From: Octopus vulgaris
Lineage: Eukaryota
Direction of reading: 5' to 3'
DNA length: 64,000 nucleotides
NCBI GenBank assembly: GCA_951406725.2
Contig: OX597815.1
Location: 10,788,001-10,852,000 of the forward strand
The position numbers were made by a program, and so were the translations under genes. The notes under the pieces were generated by a model, which saw only the letters and a program-made list of their open reading frames with translations, was not told the origin of the DNA and ran no database searches. Below, piece by piece: positions 25,248-38,324 of the stretch. Position 1 is the stretch's first letter. Every line of letters starts with the position of its first letter.

Positions 25248-25550
25248 TGGAGGCACATGGCCTAGTGGTTAGAGCAGCGGACTCGTAGTCGAGGGATCGC
25301 AGGTTCGAATCTCCGACCGGGCGATGTGTGTGTGTGTTTATGAAAGAAACACCTAAGCTCCAAGCGACTCCGGCAGAAAGCAATAGCGAACTTCTGCTGA
25401 CTCTTTCGCCACGACATTCTCTCACTCTTTCCTCTTGCATCTGTGCAGCTCACCTGCGACGGACCAGCGTCCCGTCCAGGTGGGGAACCTATATTCCAAA
25501 GAAACCGGGGAAACTGGCCCTTATGAGCCAGGCGTGACTTGAGAAGAAAG
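25248..25550 (+). mobile_element. SINE family B-related, same tRNA head with a different 3' part
   Basis: ggaggcacatggcctagtggttagagcagcggactcgtagtcg...ggttcgaatctcc head and aaacacctaagctcca shared with 3365. The 3' half differs. Confidence 0.8.
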
Positions 25551-25744
25551 GAACATTTATCAGAGTAAATTCTGTGTAGCAAATCTCTATAGAATTCTCA
25601 TTTTGTTGTCTCTACATGTGAAATGTGTGAAGGATCATTCAGTGCCATTCTCATTAATCATGATTTGGAAAAGTCTGTGGTACATCCTTATAAATGTGAA
25701 ATCTTGTTGCTCGTCATTCACAGTCATGCTGTTAAGCATCAGCG

Positions 25745-25910
25745 AGGCGCAGGAGTGGCTGTGTGGTAAGTAGCTTGCTAACCAACCACATGGTTCCGGG
25801 TTCAGTCCCACTGCGTGGCATCTTGGGCAAGTGTCTTCTGCTATAGCCCCGGGCCGACCAATGCCTTGTGAGTGGATTTGGTAGACGGAAACTGAAAGAA
25901 GCCTGTCGTA

Positions 25911-25961
<51 letters not shown>

Positions 25962-26163
25962 TTGTGTGTCTGTCCCACTAGCATTGCTTGACAACCGATG
26001 CTGGTGTGTTTACGTCCCCGTCACTTAGCGGTTCGGCAAAAGAGACCGATAGAATAAGTACTGGGCTTACAAAGAATAAGTCCCGGGGTCGATTTGCTCG
26101 ACTGAAGGCGGTGCTCCAGCATGGCCGCAGTCAAATGACTGAAACAAGTAAAAGAGTAAAGAG
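25745..26163 (+). mobile_element. SINE family A
   Basis: Full-length match to 2387-2826. Confidence 0.85.
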
Positions 26164-26169
26164 GAAAAA

Positions 26170-26745
26170 TATTGGTTTCAAATTTTGGGACAAGGCCAGC
26201 AATTTCAGAGGTGGGGATAAGTTGATTACGTTGACTCCACTGCTCAACTTGTACTTATTTTATTGACCACAAAAGGCAAAGTCAACCTCAGAGAAATTTG
26301 AACCCAACATAAAGACAGACGAAATACCTATTTCTTTACTACCCACAAGGGGCTAAACACAGAGAGAACAAACAAGGACAGACAAAGGGATTAAGTCGAT
26401 TACATCGACCCCAGGGTGTAACTGGTACTTATTCAATTGACCCCGAAAGGATGAAAAGCAAAGTCGACCTTGGCGGAACTTGAACTCAGAACATAAAGAC
26501 AGACGAAATACCTATTTCTTTACTACCCACAAGGGGCTAAACACAGATAGGACAAACAAGGACAGACAAAGGGATTAAATCGATTACATCAACCCCAGAG
26601 TGTAACTGGTACTTATTTGATTGACCCCAAAAGGATGAAAAACAAAGTTGACCTCGGCAGGACTTGAACTCAGAACGTAACAGCAGACAAAATACTGCTG
26701 AGCATTTCGCCCGGTGGGCTAACGATTCTGCCAGCTCGCCGCCTT
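26170..26745 (-). mobile_element. SINE family C multimer (head, two young bodies and one older body)
   Basis: gacgaaatacctatttcttt junctions at about 26318 and 26500. Confidence 0.8.
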
Positions 26746-27349
26746 AAATGGATGAAATGCCATTAAGCATTTTGTCTGGCATGCTAATGACTCTGTCACT
26801 TTACATTTGAGAAAAATATTGTTGTGACTTGTTGAAAACTTTCTTTTAACAATGTAAATAAGAAATGAAAAAATGCTTGTTAAATTTTTTTTCAGTGATA
26901 CTCATGACAAAAAATTCACATTTTTATGTAAATTTGTAATTGGTTTTAATTAAAATCTTGTAACGATATTTGTTGATTTTTTCTTTTTTTTTTTTTTTTT
27001 CAGTTTTTCAAAATTGATTAACCCCTGAAAACACTTTGAATGTGTAAAATGTTTGATAAAATATTCTTTAATAGCAAATATCTCTGAACAGGAATGAAAC
27101 TAAGTGATGCTCAGAGTTGAGGACTGTGAAAGAATTATTTTCTGGACTAGTTGTATCTGTGTGAGATTCTAGAAGAATTCTAAGTCACTGAAGACTTGTT
27201 TCTAGTGAAGTGTATGACCTTGGTGCAAAAAACAGACACTGTCAAAGGGTTGAAGGATTCAGAAAGCAGCATTGGAGACAGATATATTTTGAAGGGTGGA
27301 AGAGAGAGACTTTGAGCCTAAGTTACTGGAAGTCATTGTTCCTAACATC

Positions 27350-27646
27350 CGGACTGACTCCTGTGCAGGCCAGTGCTGCTGGACTGACTCCTGTGCAGGT
27401 GGCACGTAAAAAACACCATTTTCAAGCGTGGATGTTGCCAGTACCGCCAGACTGGCCCTCGTGCCGGTGGCACTTTAAAAGCACCCACTACACTCTTGGA
27501 GTGGTTGGCGTTAGAAAGGGCATCCAACTGTAGAAACTCTGCCAGATCAGATTGAAGCCTGGAGCAGCCATCTGGTTCGCCAGTCCTCAGTTAACTCATC
27601 CAACCCATGCTAGCATGGAAGGCGGACGTTAAACGATGATGATGAT
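27350..27646 (+). mobile_element. RTE 3' tail (two modules)
   Basis: Same UTR family with a (GAT)n end. Confidence 0.85.
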
Positions 27647-28016
27647 ATGCAGACTCTGCTTTTCAGTGTACTCTGGACAAAAAGATAAGAGGTGAAAGTG
27701 TTGTCTCAAAGAAAAATAAGATGTGTGTTTTCAGTGCTGTATGAGGTAATATGTTGAATATAAGTTGGACCAGAGCCTACAGATATTCAAGAAGGGGGAA
27801 TTTTTCGGTGGTTTTGGATTGTTCTTTTGGCAGTCACAATAGCTATAACTTCCTGCTGGTTTGTTACAAAGCAAATTTAGTTAAAATCATAAATCAGTGG
27901 ATCGTTTTAAACCAGGCAATGTGATATGCCTACAGCCAAGAAAAAGAAAGGAAGAAAAAATGATCTCCTGAAAGTGGCCCTCTGTATGCTTATTTGGTCT
28001 GCAATAATAATAATAA

Positions 28017-28445
28017 TCATCATCATCATCGTTTAACGTCCGCTTTCCATGCTAGCATGGGTTGGACGGTTCAACTGGGGTCTGGGAAGCCCGAAGGCTG
28101 CACCAGACCAGTCAGATCTGGCAGTGTTTCTACAGCTGGATGCCCTCCCTTACGCCAACCACTCCGTGAGTGTAGTGGGTGCTTTTTATGTGCCACCGAC
28201 ACAGGTGCCAGACGAGGCTGGCGAACGGTCACACTCGGATGGTGTTTTTTATGTACCACCAACACAGGTGCCAGACGAGGCTGGCAAACGGCCACGCTCT
28301 GATGGTGTTTTTTATGTGCCACCGACACAGGTGCCAGACGAGGCTGGCAGACGGTCACGCTCGGATGGTGTTTTTTATGTACCACTGACACAGGCGCCAG
28401 ACGAGGCTGGCGAACGGCCACGCTCGGTTGGTGTTTTTTACATGC
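28017..28445 (-). mobile_element. RTE 3' tail with homogeneous 63-bp module array (about 4.5 units)
   Basis: Repeated ggtgttttttatgtgccaccgacacaggtgccagacgaggctggc. Confidence 0.9.
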
Positions 28446-30379
28446 AATAATAATAATGCGTACTTTAAACAACCCAAGCATTTACAACAATGCATTAACA
28501 GTATCAAGCACTTAGTTAGATGTAGGCTAACATATGCAGTATAATGAGCCAAAAAGAACTATTTTCAGTTAAATGAAATTACGATTGTACATCTCCTGCA
28601 TTCATCCTTGGCTGATACCAAATTTTCAAACATGCTTCACCTCATTCTTGTCTCAAATTCCAATTTCTACCATGGGAAATGAGTGAAGCATCATTCAGTG
28701 ACACTCTCATCATCATCATCATTTAACGTCCGCTTTCCATGCTAGCATGGGTTGGACGATTTTGACTGAGGACTGGCGAACCAGACGGCTGCACCAGGCT
28801 CCAATCTTGATCTGGCAGAGTTTCAACAATGATGATGATGGAGGCCTCTAAAAAGGCATCAGGCTTTCAAATCCAAAGCAGACTCTAATGTAGCAAAATA
28901 GTTGATACCCAATGATAATAATGCAGGACCAAAAAGGACCACCATTGAACTCTTGAGGTAGAAAGAAGGCACTGTTCACTAAAGGATAAAGAGGAACAGT
29001 TCTGGAGCCCTCTCTTTCACTGAGCTAAAACTGACATGTCTGATTGAACTGCAGGTGGTATTTCTGTTTTAAATCGTGTTTGAGAACTATCCTGAGGTGA
29101 GCATGGGTGCTCACGAATGTCCATGTAGCATGAATACCTGCTTCACACTTCGGTTTACTGACAACACAAAAGTGAACAAGTGTAAATTTCGATAAAGGAT
29201 TATGGAAGACTGATGGCAAAGGCATTTTCGATGTGAAGCGCCGCAAAGAACACACAAATGCTATGAAATCGGCATTTGGCTTAACGAAATTGAAAATCTT
29301 AGCATCACAGAGCAGAGAACGAATGCAGGGGAGGATACTCTCAGAAGAAAATTTGTTCACAAACTGTGTGAGACATTTCAAAAGAAGAAAAACCATCGCT
29401 ACCAATGACAGAGAGATGCCGTCTTCAAACTGTTGAAGAGCAAATATTACCAATCCTAGAACCAGTTCCTACAAGAAGGGGAGTGATCGCCTTTCTGGCA
29501 TTATCTGGAGTAAAGGTTGTGCTTAAATAGTCCGTGGCAAATGGCTGTTTCCTTCACAGCTGATACGAAAATCTCAGCATTATACCGAGCAAAGGTATAA
29601 AGAAAAGTGATGAGGCGAACTGCCCGCGACTGTTTCGGTGGTGCTTCCTAAATTTCTTAGAGAGGAGCACCAGTTTTCTCTGATGTATAATTAAAGATGT
29701 GTGCATACCTCAATTTTTTTTTTTTAAACTATTCTCTTATCGTTCCTTTCCATTTTCTTACTATTTTCTTTTGTGAATCGTGTTCTTTCAGTGCACAAGT
29801 TTTCTAATTAGCCTTTTGATACTCCCTACGTTAATTATGTTAACACTAAATTATCATATAACAGACAAGATCGACAATTCTGTAGTTTGTCATTTGTACT
29901 TTATAGTAACATAAATGGTATTTTATTCCCTATTGTCTCGATTTGAGTTGCAATGACGTTTTTAAAATAAAATTCGAATCTGTAAGAAAATTCTCAAATA
30001 AATAGTTTTCTGCACCTAACCGGCATATCTACACAAGGGAATCCGCCCGACTTTGTTTCCTCATAACTTCCAAAAAAAAATTGGATATTTTTACCGAAAT
30101 TTTCTACAAACATGCTTCAGTTAAGCTCTATTACAATGGCGAGAGCTGGGTTTGTCAGTTCCTGTTACATTTGAGGATAGACGGAAGCAGAGAGTATGGG
30201 ACAATCTGCATTCAGGTGTCACTTTCAGCTCTCTCTTTGATCAGTCTGATCAACTTTCAAGGTGTCGCCAACTTTCAGCTTGTGCAAAATTCTCGGGTGA
30301 CATAAAAATGTCTGCTACCAACCCTTTATGGACTTTTGATATTTACCTATACAGTGCCAATTGACTAGATTTTTTAAAA

Positions 30380-31500
30380 CGATTTTATTTTGTCTGCCAC
30401 TTAGAGACAACCCAGTCGTCTACAAGTATTCTTGCAACTCGAATATTTATCTAAATTGGATGATTTACCCAGAGATCCTCATGTTGCCTGTGATAAGCAA
30501 CTGAACGTCAATATACTTATCCTACAGAACACTTCTTAGTTTTAAAGAAATCTTCAATAATTAATATAGAAGACAAACGCTTGAATAGTTCAGGTGACTG
30601 GATTGATGCCCTGCCTGTGGCCAGCATTGGAGGTCTACTCAGTCTCGGTGAACTCCGCATCTCCATCGCACTCAGTGTGGGAGCTGACATCTGCAGGGGA
30701 CTGAGATGCCACTGTGGTAGATCCACAGGTCTTCACAGTCTGTCTTTCCACCTAAATGCTGGTCGCTTCGCACATCACACCGAGCTAAACCTAATCATTA
30801 AGCGGACCCTGGCTTGGATCAATATCCCTCAGTTCTGGAGCCGATGGGGTAATTTAGAAGTGATAGAAAGAGGCCAGCTGGTCTTACAATCTGTCCGTGG
30901 GTTAGAGGTAGGTGTCTCATTTGGGATGCCACAGTCTGAGACTATTTTGCTCCCTCCCACATCCTGGGTATTACAATAAATGGGAGGGTCACTGCTTCCC
31001 TAGCCAAACGGAACAAAACTCTGAAGTATCCAGACCTAACAGTGAACTGTCTCTTCCGAACTCTGGCATTTGAAGCATTCGGTGAAACTGGGCCACAAAC
31101 TGCAAAGTTCTTAGGATCTTTTCCTTTTGATAGACAGAATTCAACACAATTTCTAGTTAACTAAACAATTTGAAACTTCGTATACTGGTAGAATGTGTCA
31201 AAAGAAAACATTATTTTCATTTGGCTTTTTTGATAAATTTATAATTCGTTTGTTTAACGTAGTTTAATTTTTCTTTTGACACATTCTACCAGTATACGAA
31301 GTTTCAAATTGTTTAGTTAACTAGAAATTGTGTTGAATTCTGTTTATCAAAAGGAAAAGATCCAGGTCTTATCATTGGCAGCTCATCTCACTGAGGTGTC
31401 AGGTGATGTCCATGAGAGCGCTTGGCTTTTCCAACGCCTTAGTCTCGCCATCGCCTGTGGTAATGCTACAAGCATGCTGGCTTGCTTCGGTAGGTTCCGT
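30380..31500 (+). mobile_element. CRE-like non-LTR retrotransposon 3' fragment (RLE), interrupted by a MITE
   Basis: SGDWIDALPVASIG...LRISIAL, CHCG...GLHSLS, RPAGLTICPW...LIWDATV, AFEAFG, AWLFQRLSLAI..GNA. Confidence 0.8.
31114..31363. mobile_element. GGATC-terminated MITE (family M2), ~95-bp TIRs
   Basis: Near-perfect long inverted arms. 8-bp TSD agttctta/aggtctta. Confidence 0.9.
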
Positions 31501-32610
31501 TGAACCTTGTGGTGTGCGACCAGTTAAAGCATTTGGTGCTGCATTGTTGTTTTTTCTTTTTGGTTTTTCTCTCTTACTGCCCCACAAATGATTTCAAGGT
31601 AGTTTTAAAGATTTGGAAGAATTAGAAGAAAGTTCCCCGGTAATTTTCTTTCATGCAAATGTTAATGTTAATTTATGAATTTGCCAGCAAAATCTTATAA
31701 AATTACAATATTCTAAAAAATTCTGATTATATCGGAATTTGTTGTGAAAAAAAAAAAAATTTCCCTGGGTCAGGAGAAGGGTTACGTAAAATTCACAGGA
31801 ATTGACTGTTTCTTCATGACTTTCAGAAAAATGGGTACCTTAATGAAATTTTCTACGAACACCTCTCTAACTAGGTAGATTACGATTATAAAGGAATTTG
31901 ATACGTACAAAAAAAACAAAAAAACTGGTAGATTCGCTTGCACAGCATTTGTACTGGCGCACATGACATATATCTACAAAATGAAACTTGAAATTTCGAA
32001 AAAGAAAAATATGATATGTGTCAATAATGTAGGTGTACATACTCACTATTTTTCTTTTCACTTCAAATTCCAATATAATAGTTTTTTGCTCATTCTGAAA
32101 GGTAACTGTAGAAAATTGCATTGAAAAATAGCTGTTTTTCCCAACTGTTATAAGAAAACAAAGCCGATTTATGAAATTTCTGAAGCTCCTTTTCTCAACC
32201 ACCGTCAAAATTTTTCACCCCGTCTAATGCTGGCAATTCACCTCCAAGTTGTGTTCTCTGCACCCGTATAAATTGCTGTTTGAAGACCATCGAATGTCAC
32301 TTGTATAGTCTAAGCTATCACGGGAGCTGCGTTGGTATTACTAAGGTTCCAAAAGTTTTCCAAAATGGACATGCAATCAGTGCCACTTCAGCTCCAATAG
32401 ACTTCGTAGGGCAGATCCTTGAACGATTTTGACTGAGGGCTGGCGAACCATATGGCTGCACCAGGCTCCAATCTTGATCTGACAGTGACAGGACAGCAAA
32501 CGAAAATATCTGATTGTTTCTCAAACGCATACAGGTGAAACTGACAAAAATGAGGTGGTACAAACATTCAGAAAATAGGCACTTGAAGTTTTAAGCAGAC
32601 GATCCCATCC

Positions 32611-33829
32611 GGATCTTTTCAATTCTGAAGCCAGGACCACAGATCTTTCTACTTAACTAAATATTCTGAAACTTCGTATGCTGATAGAGTCTAGCAAAAC
32701 AAGACACAGGTTGGAACTAGTTTATTTGAGAAAAATCTATTTTATGACTTTAATCGTAGATTAAAACTGCGAATTTTAACCAATCAGATTGTTTGTTTTC
32801 ATGTGTAAAACTTGACTGCATTCTATTAGTGTGACGTAGAAAGCGCTTTTGTGACGTACTAACGTTCGGAAAACTGTAAACAAACACAGAACGTAACGGC
32901 AGACGAAATACGGCTACGCATTTCGCCCGGCGTGCTAACGTTTCTGCCAGCTCTTTGCTTTTTTAATATTAAATTTCGGCGAAGTTTCACTTGTCGTAGC
33001 ACAAGTTTTCCGTCGATTTCCGTAAAAAACTTTTATTTTTTTACATAAGTAATGAGAGCGAAAGAGACTAAGAGGAAGCGATTTTATGACGAGGGAAGTT
33101 TGTCTTTGAAGTTACCGTCTAGGGGAAGCATTGATGTACATGTGTGTGTGTGTGTGTGTTTGATGGGGTGTGGGAGACAGTATGTTGTGTAAGTGAAGTG
33201 CTTCTGTTAGTGTGTGTGAAGAGACAGAGAGAGTAATGTGTGAAAGAGAGAGATAACTGAAATTTTTTACTCGGTGTATGTGTATATGTATGTCTGCATG
33301 TATGTGTGTGTGTGTATGTATCTATGTATGTATGGCCGATTCATTGTAATTACGATGAATCGGCCATACATACATACACACACACACATACATACACACA
33401 CACACATACTTACACATACATACACACACACATACATGCAGACATACAGAATGGAAACATTTTCAATTTAATACATGTGGCTTATTAACTAGTTTTAAAT
33501 ATTGTTATTAGAAGGTGGCTGACTATAGGATCCTGGAAACATGAGTACGTTAAATAATTAGAAGAATGCGCTTGTTTACATTTAAGATGTTTAATACGTC
33601 ACGAAATTGGCGGTCGAGACGGAGTAAATAAAATAAAGCCGAATGACGGAATATCATTGGTTAAAATTCTAATTATTAAACAACGTTAAACTTAGAAGTT
33701 ACAATTCCGTTTTCATTCTGGTTTACAATTAAGTTTACTTTTGACACATTCTACCAGTATACGAAGTTTCAAATTGTTTGGTTCAGTAGGAAAAATTTGA
33801 AAAAACTGGCTTCAGAATAGAAAAGATCC
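32611..33829. mobile_element. GGATC-terminated TIR element (family M3), 1.2 kb
   Basis: ggatcttttcaattctgaagccag ... ctggcttcagaatagaaaagatcc, with the same subterminal motif as M1 and M2. No clear TSD. Confidence 0.7.
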
Positions 33830-34224
33830 AAAGTTAGTCTCTGTTGTACTTTTACAAGAACCTACAACCGACTCCCGACTGAGAATAATCAACTTGGTTG
33901 ACACTCAGTGAGAGTGAGCCAAGTTGATGAAACCAGTTGTGTGTAGCCCCTAGTATACTTGCAAGTCATGTATTACAGGGGTAAAGTTTGCTCTGTACAT
34001 GACTTTTGAGGTCACATCATGCATGTACACTTTCCATGATATTGACAGCAGTCATTCCTCTCCAATTGCCACATTTGCTCATGGTGTCTTATGTAGGTGT
34101 GCAAGATGACTACCACGTCCCCATTTCAGAATCGAGAACATTGATAAAACAGTCAAAAGTAGAATTAAAAGGTAAGATTTTACACTTAGAATGTCACTAA
34201 CCATTGACTACTAAGAACTACTAT

Positions 34225-34675
34225 GTGCTGACAGCACCATACGAGTGTGATCATTGACAGAGCGGCTAACTGGTTTCCGTGCCAGTGGCACATAAAATGG
34301 CACCATTAGAATGTGATCATTACCAGTGTTGACTTACTGGCAATTGTGCCCGTGCTAGTAGGGTGCCAAGAGCACCATCCAAGCATGATCGTTGCCAGAG
34401 CAGCCAACTGGCTTCTGTGCCAGTGGCAGGTAAAAGGGCACCATTCGAGCAAGGTCATTGCCAGTATTGCCTGACTGGCCCCCATGCCGGTGGCACGTAA
34501 AAAGCACCCACTACACTCTCGGAGTGGTTGGCATTAGGGAGGGCATCCAGCTGTAGAAACTCTGCCAGATCAAGACTAGAGCCTGGTGTAGCCATCTGGT
34601 TTGCCAGCCCACAGTCAAACCGTCCAACCCATGCTAGCATGGAAAGCGGACATTAAACGATGATGATGATGATGA
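34225..34675 (+). mobile_element. RTE 3' tail with heterogeneous module array
   Basis: About 4-5 diverged modules followed by the conserved UTR end and (GAT)n. Confidence 0.85.
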
Positions 34676-35188
34676 TAATATATTATATATTAAATTGTCT
34701 TGTTTAATCATTTAGTGTACCTTCACACTGAGTGATTAGAAGAAGAAATATTGAAGTCATCATCTATACGTCCATCTTTCATGTTGGCTTGGATTGGATG
34801 GTTTGACAGGATCCAATAGATTCAAGGACTGCATTGTGCTCCGATGTCTGCTTTGGTATTGTTTCTACATCTGGATGCCCTTCCTAATGGCAACCACTTT
34901 ACAGAGTGTTCTGGGTGCTTTTTTAGCTCCTATAATGATGTCGCTCTGCAGCTAGCAAGTCTAAGATACCCTTTGGTTGAGTGGGGGCTACAGTGGAGAT
35001 GAAGTTGGCTTTCTGCTAGATGTGAAGGGTAAGTATAAAAGAAGGGACCAAAACAGAACAAGTTTCTTGCTGTAAAGGAGCACATGGTTACTCACATTAT
35101 AGAAGAATGGATGAGAGTAACTAGGTTGGAACTGGAAAGAGATAAGATAGTGGTAACAAGGTGTCAGTGTGGACCATCAAGGTTAAAA

Positions 35189-35578
35189 TCTCTCAATATA
35201 TAAAGCTGAAGTTGTCTGTGTATGGCAGGTTTGGTAGCTTTCAACTATCTCCTCTGAGACCCTGTGGTGCAAGTTGACCAAAATTGAGAGTATGATAGAA
35301 GAAGGCTTGCTCTTCCTTCTATGAAAGAAAAAAATTCAAATCGGACCATGTTAACACCAAAAATTATTTACATCAAAAAGGTGCTTTTTTTCTATGAAAA
35401 TCCCTATTTTTTACGATTTTTTGACTGCTGTGTCATTTTTCGGTGTATTTCAACCAGAAAAATGTTCACTTAAAGAGAATAACAAGCTACATAAGGCAAA
35501 ATATTTACTTTTCAAAAATTCCAATTCTAAAGGGTCGAAACAAACCCGAGCAACGCCGGGCGGCGATACTGCTATTAG
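35189..35578 (+). mobile_element. Non-autonomous Helitron H1
   Basis: A|TC start, body matching 11386 and 57480, cccgagcaacgccggg hairpin near a degenerate 3' end. Confidence 0.8.
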
Positions 35579-36626
35579 TGAATAAAAATGAATAGAGACA
35601 GAAGAATAGGGCGTATGGGTGGGTAGATGTTGTAAAAGTATATGAGGAAAGTGAGGGATGGCTATAGTTGGGGAATGGTAATGTATGAAGAAAAATGGTC
35701 AATAATAAAGAAATGCCGGAGGGAAGAGTTGGCGATTCCTATAGAGACTGAATAGGATTGAAGAGTAGATATAATGAATGGGAGACGAAGCTGGAGGAAG
35801 GAGAAAGGGAGGTAACCTGTGTGTAGGTAGACGAAAGAAGTAGATGTGATGCATGAGGGATGTATCTCTAGTAATAAATGTGTCGGTATCTCTGTATAAC
35901 ACAACCGTTTACTGGTATTACGTTATGGTCATGTCAGTATAAAACATTTTAGATGTAAATTATTACAGAAGAGGAATGATCTACTTGAATAACACAATTG
36001 AAATGCTATCGCCTTTCATTGTCTTTAAAACGCGAATATAAGGATATTTGACAATTTCCCCTAATATCAGGCTGATCTTTTGTGTGTGTTATCAATTTAT
36101 TTCCTTTGTTACACGTTCTGAATGAAGAATTATATTTCTTTACTACCCACAAGGGGCTAAACACAGAGGGCACAAACAAGGACAGACAAAGGGATTAAGC
36201 CAGTTATATCACTCCAATGCGTAACTGGTACTTAATTTATCGACCCCGAAAGGATGTGTGAAGAATTAACTTATTCAGCACACAATTATGATTCAGAGGT
36301 GTCTCTCACTTTTTTTTTGTATTTCAAGGACTACACTGGCGATGTGTCGTTATTTTCGTTTCTCAGGTAGAAGGGGTAGTTTGGTAGCTATTTCTACCAA
36401 GTCGAACAACTACATAGAGTCTCCTACATTAAAAGTTAATTTGTTAGGCGATGTGTTTTGGTCTACAGTCGGGGTTATACATTTGAAAAAAGTTAAATAA
36501 AAGATTCGTTTGTGGATTTGGTTTGCAAGATTCTTTATAAGAGTTCGTGTGCCTTCTTATGTTGTTACATAATAAGGCACAAAAAGAAAATGACTCTCCC
36601 CAGACACAATAAATAAAAGGTGTTCT

Positions 36627-37037
36627 GAGCTGGCAGAAACGTTCGCACGCCGGGCGAAATGCTTAGCCAGTATTTCGTCTGCCGTTACGTTCTGAGTTCA
36701 AATTTCGCCGAGGTCGACTTTGCCTTTCATCCTTTCGGGGTCGATAAATTAAGTACCAGTTACGCACTGGGGTCGATGTAATCGACATAATACCTATGTC
36801 TGTTCTTGTTTGTCCCCTCTATGTTTAGCCCCTTGTGGGTAATAAAGAAATAGGCATTTCGTCTGCCGTTACGTTCTGAGTTCAAATTCCGCCGAGGTCG
36901 ACTTTGCCTTTCATCCTTTCGGGGTCGATAAATTAAGTACCAGTTACGCACTGGGGTCGATGTAATCGACATAATACCTATGTCTGTCCTTGTTTGTCCC
37001 CTCTATGTTTAGCCCCTTGTGAGTAATAAAGAAATAG
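36627..37037 (+). mobile_element. SINE family C dimer
   Basis: Head followed by two bodies. TSD aggtgttctg. Confidence 0.85.
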
Positions 37038-37319
37038 GTGTTCTGGGTGTATTAAACTAAGTTTGGGACCTTCAAAGCTATAGCACCGGTGTTATTCAAG
37101 CAGAGGGACAAAGAGTCACCGACACCGTTCATTCAATTAATGTTACGTCGACCGACTTAATTGCATCTTTGTTTGGGTTGAAAGTGAATTCCTCTATTTA
37201 TTTCAGTCATCGGACCACAACTGTGATGTAACAACGTTTATGATTATTTCCTGAAAGTCCAAAAGTTCGCCAGTCTTACCTCTTTCAACCTGTGCCCGTT
37301 TCTTTCATTAATTATTGTT

Positions 37320-37540
37320 GGGGAGATCGTCGTTAACGATTGTTAGTAATTATATCATTAATGTTTATATCTTGTCTGAGGTGAACGATGATGTTTATAA
37401 ATGTACCACGTTAGGTTGAACGTTAAAGCTCATAAGCAGTATACTGTGTTTGGTGAACGGTAATATTTATAATTGTATCATCTTGAGGTGAACGTTGATA
37501 TTTGTAATTATATTATGTCATGCTATAACGAACGTTAATA
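37320..37540. repeat. Degenerate ~36-37 bp minisatellite
   Basis: Recurrent ggtgaacg(a/t/g)t(g/a)at.tttata units. Confidence 0.55.
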
Positions 37541-38324
37541 CAAGAGTCGCAGGTCCACCACCTTCATAATTATGTCTTTCATTTCGTCATGGACCACTAC
37601 AACACAAGCTGGTTGCACCAATTTTACAAGTGCTTTGGAAATGGATTTTAATCACAATCCAATGAATGACTAATATTCTTGATCTTTTTTTTACGTTTAA
37701 ATGGAAAAGAGAGTTTTATTAATATTGCCATCTCTTCACACGTTGTACGCTTTTTTACTATCTGGGTGGACGACCCCGGTCTATTAGGACAACACACAGA
37801 GTTTTCTTTTCTCTCTAATCTGTCTTCTATCTTATCTTTTTTCTAACTGATTATTCCGTTTTCCATGACACAACATGAATGTGAAAAAAACTTGTGTGTA
37901 TCTGTCATTTATACATACTCTATATTCTTAACGTACATAGCATACATTTACAATATCTACATTTCATGACAGAATTATATGTATATTGCAATGTTTGTCG
38001 TTTGAAAAGGATCCAGTCAGCAACAAACATTCGAGTGTAACAGAAAAACCTTGCATAATTTCTACACATGTAAATGAAATCCTCTCAGATACAAGCCAAG
38101 AAACTGAACCCAATTAAAATTGATACTTGCAGAGAATTCTCAACTTATAAAATAATTAATATGGAGTATATTAATCATTAGACACTTCTTATACCATTGT
38201 TATTGAACAATATAGATTCAGTTACAAGGATCTACAAAAGTGAAAAATCTTTACAGAGTGAGTCCATTAGAACATCGGCCAGTGGAAGGATTATTGAATA
38301 TCAGAGTGACATTTGTAAAAAAAA

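Noticed and set aside
25248-25322. tRNA gene
   Set aside because: The tRNA-like head is fused to a SINE body shared with other copies, and there is no oligo-T terminator after the cloverleaf.
28049-28481. Repetitive ORFs (VPPTQVPDEAG...) and CRISPR-like appearance of the 63-bp arrays
   Set aside because: The unit length is a multiple of 3 within a LINE 3' UTR. The context is eukaryotic with no cas genes, and the intervening parts are homologous to each other rather than unique spacers.
29025-29453. 142-aa minus-strand ORF
   Set aside because: No recognisable domain or splice support.
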